The notes: generated from the letters alone by a model not told the origin. DNA of 64,000 nt from Octopus vulgaris (GCA_951406725.2 OX597821.1:74338001-74402000); one strand, 5' to 3'. Positions 40,005-55,014 are shown, numbered from the stretch's first letter. Numbers and translations are program-made.

Positions 40005-40660
40005 ACCATTTGAATCTTTATGAGCAAGGCGGTGAGCTAGCTGAAAGGTTAGAACGCTGAGCGAAATGCTCAGCGGTATTTCGTCTGTCTTTGTTCTGAG
40101 TTCAAATTCTGTCGCGGTCGACTTTGCCTTTCATCCATTTGGGGTCGGTAAATTAAGTACCAGTTGCGTACTGGGGTGGATCTAATCGACTGCCCCCCAC
40201 CCCCAAAAAAAATTGCAGGCCTTGTGCCTAGAGTAGAAAAAAATTATTTTTTATGAGATAAAACACATCTAAATGAATGTGTTGATATTCTAGAGTTCGT
40301 TATGACTGTATAACATTGAGTATGTGATATTCTATAACTGACAGTGTTTTCATAAATTAAAGTGTGTGTGTGTGTGTGTGTGTGTGGTGATAGTGTGTAT
40401 ATTTAAGAAGGCGTAATGTTAACTTATCACATACAATGTGTGTAATTGTGTACGTGTGATTCATATAAAGATAACGTTGCGTATGTTCCATTGTAAGAAT
40501 ATGATACGAATACGATGATACGACAATATTCGCATAGTACTGGTGCCGATGTCTGTGTCTAACTCTGTCCCTATCAACCGACGTCACGTGTCTGTGTATA
40601 CACACGTTTCTATAATTAATATTAATTCTTCTGTTTGGGAAAACATTTCTAGAACTTGTA

Positions 40661-41018
40661 GATTGTTTGCCAACATAACATTGCAGTCCTGGTTTAGGAC
40701 AAATGTTGCTGTAATTTAGCCCCAGGAGCTGGCTATACGACACGATCTGTGTACTTATACTTTCGAACAAAGGAATCTAGCACCCCCACTCAGTTCAAAA
40801 CAATATCTATGTACCGCGATTTCCAGGTTATTTCTCTTCAGCACATAATAATTGTTCTGCTAGAGGTGGCGCTGTCAAATTTCCGTTCGAAATATATAGT
40901 TTTCAAGGTCACTGAATTATAAATTAGAAAATTACAGCTGGAGACGATGTCTCCTAGGGCTAAATTACAGCAACATTTGTCCTAAACCAGGACTGCCATG
41001 TTATGTTGGCAAACAATC
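40661..41018. mobile_element. MITE-like element with ~68 bp TIRs
   Basis: 40661-40728 is the reverse complement of 40951-41018 with about 2 mismatches. Confidence 0.7.
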
Positions 41019-41199
41019 TTTACTACAAAGTACTGTTGCGGAATATCTCACGTTGTGAGATTTAAAAGTAGTAATTTTCTCATTCCTAGAACTTGTACGG
41101 TATAATTTTTACACTGGACGCAAATTGGAAAAGATGTCTTCTTTTAAGTTACTCAGCATTAAGTGATTTTTACCAAAACTTTATCGTCAGATTCTTGTG

Positions 41200-41432
41200 C
41201 TGTTAATGGCGAATAACCTGAGAAATATAGGTTGTTTACTCTTTAATTGATGCATTTTACCTGAATCCGAGTGCATTGATTAGAAGGGTTTAACATTAAA
41301 CTCATTCAAACCTAGATTCCGTTAACAAAATACTATGTTGAAAAACATCGAGAAAATAAATGATACAACTCTTGCCAGTCATATTTGGAATCTGAAGAAA
41401 AAGATTGTTTTTTAATATATCATGGTCTATGC
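41200..41432 (+). pseudogene. Small GIY-YIG PLE endonuclease relic
   Basis: TTLASHIWNLKKK...NISWS, interrupted by (ATGT)n. Confidence 0.35.
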
Positions 41433-42533
41433 ATGCAAGTATGTATGTATGTATGTATGTATGTATGTATGTATGTATGTATGTATGTATGTATGTATGT
41501 ATGTATGTATGTATGTATGTATGTATGTATGTATGTATGTATGTATGTATGTATGTATGTATGTATGTATGTATGTATGCACGCATGCATGCATATTATG
41601 GCTTCGTGTTTCCGATTTGTCACTAATGCAAACAGAACTGTAGCAAGATTCTTTCAACGGAATATGAAAATTACATTGGCAACCGTGTACATGTTTATGT
41701 AAGTGTATATGTGTTTCTACGCATGCAGTCACTGTTGAACATTCAATGGCAGTAACTGTCTGACAATACGTACAAATCTCACATAGAACCAAACGATGTA
41801 TCACAGGAGTCTAACATTCAGGAAACACTTCAATAATTTAACAGCCAAAATGATCTCACAGAACAACATCCCACGAAAACTAATAGCTTCCCAGTGAGAT
41901 CCAAATTATGAAAGCACTCAAAATAATGGTATTAAGTTTATGCTCCTCAGTTCCAAAGAATACATGTCCGGCAAGGAGGTTTAGGTTCCACGTACAATCA
42001 TCCTAGACAACGTTTGCAACGAGACACCTGATATATCATTGTTTAAGTCCATCAACATTGATCGTTTCTGTCTGTTGTCTGTAATCGCTCTACCTCATAC
42101 AAAGTCTGAGGGGAAGGTATTTGCCAGCAAATTTGAACATTCAAAAGATCTCTAGCGAATGACATTTTCTAGAAATTAGCAAATAGGAAGAAGATTAAAA
42201 TCGGGAAAACGTCCGTTTCATGTTACCCTCAGTCATTCTTTCCACAATAAGAATTGTGGAAGGAAAGAGCAAAGAATATTTCAGCAAAACCACATAGGAA
42301 GATGGAACCTGAAGAAAACTTTGGAGTCCACATGAAGAGAGGGCACTTGTTTAAATCTATTCCATGTTGAATTTGGTTGAACTAAAGATACCAAAGTAAA
42401 ATGGGAGAATAGTGTGGAATGGGGCATCTTCTGTGACAAAATTGTCCAAACTCAGCCACTTATTGAATTTTTGTGTGCTTTAAAAAGAATTTTTACAAAT
42501 AATACCATAGGGAAGCTTGTTTAAAAGTGTAAA

Positions 42534-42628
<95 letters not shown>

Positions 42629-43207
42629 TAATAATAATAATAATAATAATGCTCAACTGCTCTGATGCAGTAACAGACACTGGCTCTCATGGTTTTTGAT
42701 CTTAACTGATTGGAAGTGTTATCATGTACATTGTTTTGTCTTGGCATAAAAGATGGCCTACAGCAAATATTCTTCTCAATACCACAGATTTGCTTGTCAG
42801 TTGTTTGGCTTTAACCAGTTGACCATGTTCCTTGGTGGCTGACGATATGTGCATCTCTGATCACAAGCAGAAGTAGTGGGGGAGCATCATAGCCGTGTGT
42901 TGAAAGGAATTCTTGGAGGTTTGGATAATTCACCTTTGGAAACATGGGTTGTTCGTTCAACATTCTTAAACAATCCTTATTCAGGGACCTTTTGAGCGGG
43001 GTGGGCTACTCGCCCAGAAGAAAATTCTAACTGGGCTCCACCTGCAAGGTCATGCACTGTTTATTTTGATATGAGATCGCCATGTCACGCACATATGGTT
43101 GTGATGCATGTGCCTAGTGTACCCTTATCAGACGGGTAGTCATGATGGGTATACTGGGCTTCGTATATTTTACCCCAATGTCACTTTCATGGCATGCACT
43201 GCTCTCT

Positions 43208-43346
<139 letters not shown>

Positions 43347-43359
43347 TATAATAATAATG

Positions 43360-43851
43360 GTACCAACATACACCGCAAAAAGGTAATGGGCGAAAAAGAG
43401 AAGGTAAAAATCTTCTGGGACTTTGATTTTCAGACAGACAAAATGTTAGAGCACCAAAGGCCGGATAGAGTAGCCTTTAGGAGTGCCAAATAATTGACGT
43501 GGCTGGGGCAGGAGATCAACATATCATCATGAAAGAAAGAAAAGGTTGATGAATATGGAGATCTGAGAATCGAGATCACTAAGATGTGGCAGCTACGAGA
43601 GTCGAACATAAGGGTTATCTCTGTTGTCATCGGAGCATTGGGTTCAATATCACCCCATCTGAAAAATACATCTGAAAACCGTAGAAATACCCTACAATCT
43701 AGATGTATTGCAAAAGTCGGCATTACTTGGAACTGCACGTATATTGCGTTAAGTACTGTCTATCTGAGTTCCTTGTGGTGACTTGACAAACAGTACAAAC
43801 ACAATATCTTCAATCAACAACATCACTATATTGTAACTGTGCGACGTCTAT

Positions 43852-43935
<84 letters not shown>
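43360..43935 (+). pseudogene. R4/Dong-like RLE LINE 3' fragment inserted in (TAA)n
   Basis: KIFWDFDFQTDKMLEHQRPD..IIDVA..Y.DLRIEITKMW..VVIGALG..LQKSALLGTARILR; (TAA)n on both sides. Confidence 0.8.
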
Positions 43936-43938
<3 letters not shown>

Positions 43939-44423
43939 CATTTCTATTATAGGCACAAAGCCTGAAATTTGGGGTAAGGGGACAGTCGACTACATCGACC
44001 TTAATGTTTTATTGGTTTATCAACTTCGAAAGGATGAGAGGCGAAGTCGACCTCAACGGAATTTGAACTTAGCGAAATACTGCTAAGCACTTCATCTAGC
44101 ACGCTAACGACTCTGCCAGCTCATCGATTCATAATGATAACAATTGTTATTTATTATTATTATTATTATTATTTCAAAATTTTCCACAATTGCAGCTTTA
44201 GGAAGGTGGGGATGAGTCGATTACATGGACTCCAAGTGTTCAACTGGTAAGCTCCTTGTGGGCAATAAAGAAATATATTCATGTTACCGACCTCGAAAGT
44301 ATGAAAAGCAAAGTCAACTTCGACGGAATTTGAACTCAGAACGTTCAGCGTGTTAGCGATTCTGCCACCTCGCCGCCTCATAATAATAATGATAACAACA
44401 ACAACAACAACAATAATAATAAG

Positions 44424-44751
44424 CACACGCCAGAAAAGGTCACTGAAAACCAGAAAGCAACCATACTATGGGATATGCCAATATACACAGATAGATAAAT
44501 TAAAGCCAATAGGACAGATATTGCTGTCAGAGATTATGAAGGAAAAAAGACAACATTTCTCTGAAAGAAATAGTGAAACTCTCAAAATACAAAGACCTGG
44601 AAATAGAGGTAACCAGAATGTTTACAGCAATGTTTACATCACAGCAAACCACAGCACACACGCAAAGCACACACAGCTGCGCTCGGTAGTGAAGTGAAAG
44701 CACGCTATAAAAATAAAACTACTGAATAATAATAACAATAATAGTAATAAT

Positions 44752-44760
<9 letters not shown>
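44424..44760 (+). pseudogene. Second R4/Dong-like RLE fragment
   Basis: TILWDMPIYTDR.IKANR.DI...KLSKYKDLEIEVTRM; (TAA)/(CAA) flanks. Confidence 0.65.
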
Positions 44761-44784
<24 letters not shown>

Positions 44785-45401
44785 AATAATAATAATAATT
44801 ACGAAGTGTATTATCACCTAAAATTTCATAGTTCTATAAAATTTTCATTGAGCACTCATGTGTAGACGTGTGTATTTTAAAAAATTTGATCCCCTGCTAG
44901 CGTTTCACGACATCATATAAAACCATGCAATATATTAAGATTATCCTACCCGTTATGAACCACATGTGTCTGGGTGGCACCCAGGGTATAAAGTGTAAAT
45001 ACAGCTAACAACAATGAAATTATTTTTATAATCTATGAAACACTGTGAGCAGGAGATTGTGTTCATCAGATAATGTTTGAGAGTCCATAAATGCACTGCG
45101 CGGTGGAGAGTATCACACAAAATATGATACATTGCTAACAGTTTTTTTTTTAATTTAGGGCAAAAGTTCAGAAGATTCTGTGTTTATCTGGATATATATT
45201 ATAGAGGATGTCTGTCAGATACTATGACAGAATGACAGCCACTTGGACTATCGCTGACAAGGAGCATCGAAAACTAAACATCGGACTCGGAGTATCAGAT
45301 GCTATACGACCCTCAGACGAACATATTAACACTCAGTGTATATATAAGGTTTTATGAATGATATATGTGTATGTGTGTATGCATATATTTATGTGTCTAT
45401 A

Positions 45402-45484
<83 letters not shown>

Positions 45485-45504
45485 ATATATATATATATAT
45501 ATAT

Positions 45505-45576
<72 letters not shown>

Positions 45577-45601
45577 TTTGTGCTTTCTTGTTTGGATTAA
45601 C

Positions 45602-45639
<38 letters not shown>

Positions 45640-45657
45640 GTTAGTATCTATCTCTCT

Positions 45658-45720
<63 letters not shown>

Positions 45721-45723
<3 letters not shown>

Positions 45724-45950
45724 AGAGTTTACGAAAAAAAAAAACAAAAGAGGAACACAGGTGGTGTACAAAACAAACAGATGTATTAGTATAACGCTCA
45801 GGAATAGAAACATTCTTTTACGTTTCGAGCCTATGCTCTTCTACAGAAAGGGACACAGAAAACAAGGGGAGAAAAAAAAAGGGGAGAAAAAGGGAGAGAA
45901 AAAGAGACAAATACAACAAGGAGAGAAAAAAGGAGAGGAAAAATATATAT
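45721..45950 (-). mobile_element. Hammerhead mini-element (family H1)
   Basis: Minus strand reads cttt-CTGTAGAa-gagc-atag-gctc-GAAAcgTA-aaag (45815-45850). Confidence 0.7.
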
Positions 45951-45964
45951 ATGTATAAACTATA

Positions 45965-46090
45965 CTCACACACCGTCTCCGATGAAGAGATATAATTAAT
46001 AAATATCCTAGAAACAGCTGTAAGACCTATCTATAAATGCTCTAATATCTACACAGCCTTGGTTTTTTATCTTATTACGCAAAAAATCCT

Positions 46091-46092
<2 letters not shown>
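45965..46092 (+). mobile_element. PLE-type 3' terminus with hammerhead (45975-46026)
   Basis: gtct-CCGATGAa-gagatat..atatcct-aGAAA-cagctgTA-agac, with palindromic stem III ACAGCTGT. The tail is homologous to the fold-back at 59261-59412. Confidence 0.65.
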
Positions 46093-46157
<65 letters not shown>

Positions 46158-46161
46158 ATCC

Positions 46162-46231
<70 letters not shown>

Positions 46232-46469
46232 GCATCCATCCATCTGTCTACCTGTGTCTGTCTGTCTGTCTCTCTGTCTGTCTCTCTGTCTGTCTGTCTA
46301 TTTGTTTGTCTGTCCGTCTGTCTTTCTCTCTATCTATCAGCATCTGTGTGTGTGTGTGTGTTTATGTGTGTAGCTTTGGCGATGTAAAACAGGAAAAATA
46401 GAACTCAAAACATGAATATATGTGTATGTGTGTGTATGTCTGGGTAAGAGAGAAAGAGAGAGAAAGTGA

Positions 46470-46517
<48 letters not shown>

Positions 46518-46973
46518 AATGACAGAATGTATATGTGTATGAATATATTTGTATAAGACAGAATGTGTTGCGGTTGGCAATGAACGAAATCCCAAGTTGG
46601 CGATTTGCTGCATCTGTTTCGGTGTTTGTTTATAAATTCTCTCACCGTGTATTTTGGTGTAAAGATATATAATTGCCAGGCTTAATAGACAAACAATAAA
46701 CACATGTTAGGACACAAACACACACCCGAACGCGCACACACACACATAAACAGTTATCCGATTTCACCTCCTTCACATACACGCTTTCATATCACCCTCC
46801 CAAAGATTACATACACACAAACACATACCCACAAACACACACACACTAATACAGACACTCTAACCTATGCCATTATATTTCCACACTTGCACACCTTTAC
46901 ACATATATCCATATCACTCTAAAACACATATCCATATCACTGCCCCATATGCACGCCTCTACACACTCGTGTG

Positions 46974-47225
46974 GGTACGTGGCTTAGTAGTTAAGCTACT
47001 GGACTCATGATCTTAAGATTATGGGTTCGATCCCAGGACCGGGCGACGTATTGTGTTCTTGAAAAAAACGCTTTATTTCAAATTCCTCCAGTCCACTCAG
47101 CTGGCAAATAGGGCCAAACCTGTGACGGACCGGCGTCCCGTTCAGGAGGGAATATATATGCTGCAGAAACCGGTAAACCGGCCCTATGATTCTATAGATC
47201 TCGGAAAGGACCTTTATCCTTTATA
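46974..47225 (+). mobile_element. tRNA-derived SINE (family D-like)
   Basis: 'gtggcttagtagttaag...gggttcgatccc...tgtgttcttg'. Confidence 0.7.
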
Positions 47226-47526
47226 TATTCATCTACACACCCACTTCTCATTCCCTTCTTAACTTACTTCGTAGAACAGTTTCCCCACCTGGTTTCTAAC
47301 ACTTCTCTTTTCCCTATGTATTACTCTTCTCTCATTATTCTGATGAATGACGAACGCCCGGAAGGTTAAGGTGTTTTCTCTTTTCACTTAAAAGTTAAGC
47401 TAATACCTCTTAAAATTTTGTACTGTTGTGCTGTCCATTTTTATTTTTCATTGTATTTGCACCATATATATGTACCTATACATAAATATCTATACTCATA
47501 TATGCAGATATACGCATATATATATA

Positions 47527-47625
<99 letters not shown>

Positions 47626-47804
47626 GGTCGTCTACTTCTTATGCAGAGTTTGACCACCCCCTTTACCTACACCTTAGAACCATCATGGCCATCTGATGTG
47701 GTTGTTTTAAACCAGACAATGTTTTGAAAAGACACCACATAGATTGCATATCCGATTTGGATCGCCAAGATCTGCAGTTAAGTTCTGATCTTTAAATTAC
47801 ATAT

Positions 47805-47937
47805 ATTACCAGCCACATGGTTCCGGGTTCAGTTCCACTGCGTGGCATTTTAAGCAGGTATTTTCTACTATAGCCTCGCGCCGACCAAAGACTTGTGAGT
47901 GGATTTGGTAGGCGGAAACTGAAAGAAGCCCGACGTA

Positions 47938-48011
<74 letters not shown>

Positions 48012-48190
48012 TGTATGTGTGTTTTTCTGTGTGCGTGTGTTTCTGTGTCTGTGTTTGTCCCCCCAACATGACTTGACAACTGATGCTGGTGTGTTTACGT
48101 CCCCGTAACTTAGCGGTTCTGCAAAAGACACCGATAGAATGAGTACTAGGCTTACAAAGAATAAGTCCTGGGGTCGGTTTGCTCGACTAA
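47805..48190 (+). mobile_element. SINE family B copy
   Basis: Head, (TA)n and tail. Confidence 0.85.
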
Positions 48191-48419
48191 AGGTAATCGG
48201 GAAGGCTAGCTCCACTTTTAGTAAGTTTTATCACAGGCTTTGGAATGTGAAAGTCGATGTGTATATGTCGGTGGTTTTGACATCATTGTTTTAACGTCTT
48301 AAATCTTGGACCCTGTACCAAATGCACATCAAGCGGCTTGTCGCTTTTCATATACGATGCTTGAATAAAACTTAGTGACATATACAGCTTTGATGGTCAG
48401 GTAATCTCTCACCTAAGAG

Positions 48420-48720
48420 TGATATCAACATTCAGAAGTAACTTCTCTTTGGCCAATACCCAACAGGAAAGTCAGTTGGAAGGCCAATCTTGCGCTTCAA
48501 ACGCAAATTAAAAGACAATCTGAAGCGATGCAACATTCTCTTTTCTTTCTGGGGGGAAAACAAAGGATCAGAACGCAGAAACTGGCACCAGTGCTGCTTC
48601 TCCTCGGTTCAAAGATTTGAGTAAAGTCGACTCCAACATTGGGACCGACTTTGTGCAAGTGTGAAGGCACGTTGTCAAAATGCTGCTTCTTTGAATAGAA
48701 ACCTTACTTGTCGTTGTGGT
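48420..48720 (+). pseudogene. RTE-type LINE C-terminal relic
   Basis: RK.VGRPILRFKRKLKDNLKRCNI...ERRNW. Confidence 0.55.
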
Positions 48721-49602
48721 TCGCAACACGAAGCAAAATACACCTTACCGTCCATTCAAGAAATATATATACATATGAGATTTAAAGTACATTGAAATGT
48801 AAAAAATTTATGATAAGATAGCTTGATGGTAATAATTCTTTATTTTTGCATTATTTTTATTGGTTTCTTCAACCTGAGGTGAACGGGTTAAACCTTCCGC
48901 TTGGAAAAAATGTTTGGAAAGGAGACAACTAGAGAATATTGAGGTTTCGGAAAGGAAGGACGAGATGCAGAGATAAGTGCAGAAAGATCGACGAGGGAGA
49001 GGGCGAAAGTGCTGAGGGTGACGTTAGAGAAGGTAGAGAGGAAGAGGGAGTAAAGAGAGGAAAAGCGAGAGACAGAAGAAGTTAAAGGCTCGAATATGTT
49101 GGCGAGTGACATTCTAAATTCACTCGAGTGACCTTCGATTGATTGATGTTTGGTATATTCGCCAGTGACCACAACAACACGTCAGTGCCCCCAATAACAC
49201 TAGGAATTGGACCCCGCTGTGGTGGCCACCTGATCTTCCTGTATTAGGAACGGCGCCGGGCCTGTCTCACCTCTTTCAAGCAGCATAAAAATACAATCAA
49301 TGCGCCGAGCGAGAAAACATTCTCGTATCAACACAATGACAACCTTCTTGACCCGTTTTGTAACACGAATCGAAGAGGTTCAATGGATCGCAGTGAGGTA
49401 GCTTTTCTACCAAGCACGCCTAAATTTCATACAAGTATTTGGTTTTTCACATATTTTCTAAACCTGAGAGAATGTAAGTTTCCCGAAAGAGGCCCTTACT
49501 GGTAGTGAATCCTCATATTTGCAGCGACCTTGGGTCATCTTGTTGAGAAACGTTGATATGTGAGACGATAGGATAATGTTGACGTATAGTGTAACGTAAT
49601 TA

Positions 49603-49975
49603 TCTTTTCTACTCTAGGCACAAGGCCCGAAATTTTTGGGAAGATGGGCAGTCGATTAGATCGACCCCTGTACGCAACTGGTACTTAATTTATCGAATCT
49701 GAAAGGAATTTGAACTCAGAAGGTGAAGACAGACGAAATACCTATTTCTTTACTACCTACAAGGGGCTAAACACAGAAAGGCTAACCAAGGACAGACACA
49801 CGGATTAAATCGATTATATCGACCCCAATGCGTAACTGGTACTTATTTAATCGAACCCGAAAGGATGAAAGGCAAAGTCGACCTCGGCGGAATTTGAACT
49901 CAGATGTAGCGGCAGACGAAATACCGCGAAGCATTTCGCCCAGCGCGATAACGATTCTGCCAGCTCGGAGCCTTA
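49603..49975 (-). mobile_element. Dimeric SINE family A
   Basis: Junction 'gacgaaatacc|tatttctttactacc' at about 49733-49757. Confidence 0.8.
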
Positions 49976-50859
49976 GTGCAGTGTGATAATTTCGACGCTG
50001 AGTGTGGTGTGATAGTGTTTAGACCGATGCGATAATGTTTTCTTACTTTGTGCATTGTGTGTGTTTTAATCCCGTTCGAAAGAGACCAGATAGGCCTAAC
50101 CCCATTCGTGAAAGTCTTCGAGGCGTCCATTCATGAAATCAGTTTAGGTTTGACGTAACAGATTTAGTTTGGAAGCAGATGATGATTTGGTCTGTGCAGA
50201 ATCAGTTTTTGCGACAATTTGTCTTTTACTGTAACAAATTGTCTTTTACTGTGTATATCTAAAAAGTTATCTTCGATGTGTCTCTGTGTGTAGATTTATT
50301 TCTTTACGGATTATGGAGAAGCGAGGGCAGATAGGATTAAGAATAATCTGGGATTGACTAGTTGATAACTATAATGTTCGGAAAACCAACAACAATGGTA
50401 TCAGAATTCTTCATATGAGCATCATTACCAACATTTTCTAGCAAAACAAACGCAAGACTGCAAAGATACGCCATACATTCTCCACGTTGGCATCTCGTTG
50501 ACTACTTCTTTGTCAGTCGGGTATGTCATTTCAAGATGTTCTGCTCACTCTTCAACCATGCGATCTGAGCGTTGGATAAACCAGTGAATGATAATAATAT
50601 TAATAAAGGTTACAGTTAAGTTGTGCCACCTACAACTTTAACATCACCAAACATCAAGAAGCGTAATTGCTGCAAGCTTAATAGTTCCGATATTTGAAAG
50701 AGCTTACACCATTCCCTAATTGATGAATTGAAATCTTCAGAGGTACTCATCTCCTCAGCATCTGTCTTCGATAACAAGTGGTTCTCGGCAAGTTACAGAC
50801 TCTATCAGATTCATGATAATTTTTTTTTAATTGGTTCAGTCAGAATGCCCACACTGCAA

Positions 50860-51207
50860 AGATCACATCACAGAAGATCGAAGAGCTTGTTTGGGAAAAA
50901 ATTCCTCATCTACTTTGTTCTCCCAACCTTGCTCCTTCAGACTACCATGTGTTTCGTAGTTTTCAGTATCACTTGGGGGACATAACTTTCGCAAATCAGG
51001 AGGAGGTCGAAACTGACATTTCAGAGTTCTTCGCTTTGAAACCAAAAGAGTTTTACATTGATGGGATTAAAAAGCTTGTAAATAGGTGGAGGGAAGTCAT
51101 AGATAATCAGGGAAAGTACATTGATGATTAAATTTCAATTAAATATAACATTTGATTACTTGTTTTATTTATTCAAAATTCGGGCGGAACTTATGGGATG
51201 ACCTAAT
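50860..51207 (+). pseudogene. mariner transposase C-terminal relic with right-end TIR
   Basis: SPNLAPSDYHVFRSFQ...FY.DGIKKLVNRWREVIDNQGKYIDD*; TIR-like 'aacttatgggatgacctaat'. Confidence 0.85.
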
Positions 51208-51209
51208 TT

Positions 51210-52360
51210 ATAAGGATCAGAGTATACAAAGGAACCATGAGAAAATTTGAAACTATCATACGTAACGATAGGAATGGGATTTTCCCACTCTATAGGAGCA
51301 AGTCATGGAACACCATTGAAAGGACTAAGAAGAACATAGGAAAGGCCAACTCATTGCATGATAGCCACAAATACCAGAGTGTCATGTTCGTCGACACCAT
51401 CCCTAGAGGCGAACTGGCGTACCACTTTAGAAGAGCCCTAGACAAACTTAAGCTAAGAAGTAAGGTTGTAGAAAGACCAGGCAAATTCCTAGCAAATCCC
51501 TAATCGGTAGAACCTACCCTTTTTTTAGAACCTCCTGTACTGATAGGAACTCTATACTGTATGTAGATTTAGCCCACAGATAAGCTGTAAAGCTCGGAAT
51601 GTAGTCTATAGTATAAGATGTACAGAGGGACGGTGCAGAAACAAGACAACGCCGTACGTAGAGGAGACAGCACGGAGCATCGGAGTGTGGGTAAATGAGT
51701 ATTGGAGGGAACTTAAGGAAAGAGAAGAGCTCGTCGGTTCCGCACCAGCAGGCCGAGCAGGAACACAGGGGCTCACTCAACAACATAAAAATTAAAATCT
51801 TGTCCAGACATAGAACAGACGCAACAATCAGGCAAATTACGGAAGCTACACACATAATAGAAGAAAAACCTAACCTGAATAGGAAACTAGAATGGAACAC
51901 TAGCAAACACTCCCAACACACCACAACATATGACAGAATAAGATCCCCGTAAATTGATAATAATATGAATATAATACACTACACAGATAAATATATGGAA
52001 TTAAATATCTATATACATTAACAAATTAAATTAAATTAAATACAAAAAATAGAAAGAAAAGAAAAAGTAAGTAGATATAAACAAATGAATAAAATAAAAG
52101 TAGATTAAACGAACGTGTATAAACAGGGGCATACTGATAATAGCAGGCACATTCCCCCCCACACACATTTACTAAGCATAGACATACACAAGGATATACG
52201 CATGCGCAAATAAAGACACATACATCAGGAATAGAAAATGGCAGATCATTAGTAAGGAGAGACACAAAAAAAAAAGAAAGAAAGGAGAAAACAAAGGACC
52301 ACTGATGAGGTTACAGAAGTGTGACAAAAGAACTCTGACCGAAATACAATTAATATGAAA
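51210..52360 (+). pseudogene. Degenerate divergent PLE 3' half (thumb, GIY-YIG relic, 3' UTR with hammerhead-like motif 52298-52350)
   Basis: PLYRSKSW..SVMFVDT.P.GEL..KVVERPG; Y.E.TARS; RQITEATHI....LNRKLEWN; CTGATGA-ggt...acc-GAAA. Confidence 0.6.
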
Positions 52361-52539
52361 TAAAGCTGATGCAAGTGAACACCAAATATATAGTGCGTGT
52401 GTTTTTATGACCATCCCCAAATACAACGATATATGTATGTATATATATATATATATACACACACACATATGTAGATGCATGTATGCATGTGTCTGTATAG
52501 GTATATAAGTACAATATATATATATATACATCACTGCGC

Positions 52540-52950
52540 AATATTCTTTTATTCTTTTATTTGTTTTAGTTATTTCACTGCGGCCATGCTGGGGCACCGC
52601 CTTCAGTCGAACAACAAATCGACCCCAGGATTTATTATTTGTATGCCTAGTACTTATTATATCGGTCTTTTGACGAACCGCTAGATTATGGGGACGTAAA
52701 GATGCCAACATCAGTTGTCAAGCGATGCCAGGGGGACAATCACTAACACAAGCACACACACACACACGCACACACACACACATGTATGATGGGCTTCTTT
52801 CAGTTTCCGTCTACCAAAGCCACTCACAAGGCTTTGGTCGGCCCGGGGCTATAGCAGAAGACACTGGCCCAAGATTCCACGCAGTGGGACTGAACCCGGA
52901 ACCATGTGGCTGGGAAGCAAGCTTCTTACCCAAACAGCCACGCCTGTGCC
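52540..52950 (-). mobile_element. SINE family B copy
   Basis: Full-length on the minus strand. Confidence 0.85.
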
Positions 52951-53315
52951 TATGTATATATATATATACACAAGCGTACACGCACACACGTATGTAGGTA
53001 TGTATGCATGTGTTTTGCTGAGCATTAGTTGTTCCCTTTCGTAAATACAGACATTATCCTTAAGTAACAACCAAAAATAATAAATGAAAAGAAATATAAA
53101 ATAACATGGGAAAAAGAAAAGAGGAAAATAATATCACACGGTGTATGAGTTCAATTCCCGACAGAGTCACTTGTCTTTTTTATCCCTTTTTTTGTTACTT
53201 TTTAATGCGTAGGGATTATCATCAACTAGTGTTAGGTTAATAATCGATATTTATGATCCCTTCACCACCCTTACTATTATAGAAACGAGGAAGTGTTAGT
53301 ACTCCCGCCGCCACC

Positions 53316-53354
<39 letters not shown>

Positions 53355-53984
53355 GTTTGCGCCGGCGCTCTGCCCTCCGGCAACAATTAATATCTTGGTC
53401 AATATTTCTCTTCAGCGATTTTCATTAGATTTGTAATTTCAACAACGTAGTCACGTGTTTCGTTCCAATTAGCGGTGTTGTTAAACAATCTTTACACGTG
53501 TGTGTGTGTTTTGTATACACACAGGCAGACAAGCAACAGCCAACGTTAGGGGCAGATACTAGACCTTGAGTGCTCTTTCATCTTGCTAGAAATAGCACCA
53601 AATCACCATCAATTCTAAGAATACTTAAAGTCTTAGAAAAAAAAACATGTCGTCTTGTGTTCTTGGATTTCTTTTGCAAAAGAGAGGTGGGTGGGGTAAA
53701 AAAATAGCAAAAAAAAAAAGCATGATGTGCTTATGGCAGGGTTACTTTTGATTAGGCCTGTTTAATCAAGACTGACCTGGGATTAAACGACACCGACACA
53801 TCACGTGTTGTATGTTTGTGAATATGAGCCTGAGTAAATATCGGAGCCTTTAAAGATGTGATGTTGTCGTTGTTATTGTTGTGAGATTTTTGTTGTGAGA
53901 TTTTGTTGTTGTTGCTTTGCTCCAGTCAGACTTCAGATGAAAGGTTTTCGAAAAGGTTGCGTTAGATATACGCCATACGTAGGC

Positions 53985-54335
53985 AGCATGCATTTATGTA
54001 TGTATGCATGCATGCATGTATGTATGTATGTATGTGTGTGTGTGTATGTATGTGTGTGTATGTGTGTATGTATGTATGTATGTATGTATGTATGTATATA
54101 AGTGTGTATGTATGTATGTTTGTATGTATGTATGCATGTATGTATGTATGTATGTACGTATGTATGCATGTATGTATGTATGTATGTATGTATGTATGTA
54201 TGTATGTATGTATGTGTGTGTGTATGCATGTATGTATGTATATAAGTGTGTATGTATGTTTGTATGTATGTGTGTATGTATGTTTGTATGTATGTATGTG
54301 TGTATGAATGTATGCAGGCATTTATGCATGTATGC

Positions 54336-54368
<33 letters not shown>

Positions 54369-54397
54369 TGTATGTATGTGTACGTATGTATGTATGC

Positions 54398-54430
<33 letters not shown>

Positions 54431-54750
54431 TGTATGTATGTTTGTATGTATGTATGTGTGTATGTATGTATGCATGCATTTATGTATGTATGCATGTAAG
54501 TATGTATGTATGCATGTACGTATGTATGTATGTATATAAATGTGTATGTATATATGTTTGTATGTATGTGTGTATGTATGTATGTTTGTATGTATGTATG
54601 TGTGTATGTATGTATGCATGTATGTATGTATGCGTGTATGTATGTATATATGTTTGTATGTATGTGTGTATGTATGTATGTATGTATGTATGTATGTATG
54701 TATGTATGTATGTATGCATGTATGTATGTATGTATGTATGCATGCATGTG
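53985..54750. repeat. ~760 bp degenerate (ATGT)n array
   Basis: Seen directly; source of the MYVC/HTYI ORF artefacts. Confidence 0.95.
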
Positions 54751-55014
54751 TGTGGGGGGTATAGAAGTGTGTATGAGGGCATGTGTATATATAAGTATGT
54801 GTGTTTGTGCAAGTGTATGTATTTATGTATGCGTGTGCTTAAAACTGTATATACAACAAATACGTACATGTATACACATGCGTGTATTCGTATATACATA
54901 CCTTTACACACATACATTCGTTAACACAGGGAATGTATATACATAGATATAATTATATATGTATATGATTATACATACGTATGTTTGTGTAATATATAAT
55001 CTGTTTTCTTTTCT

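Noticed and set aside
53933-54946. ORFs up to 306 aa (MYVC/HTYI repeats), and all similar YI/CV/HT ORFs in the window
   Set aside because: Translations of stop-free microsatellites.
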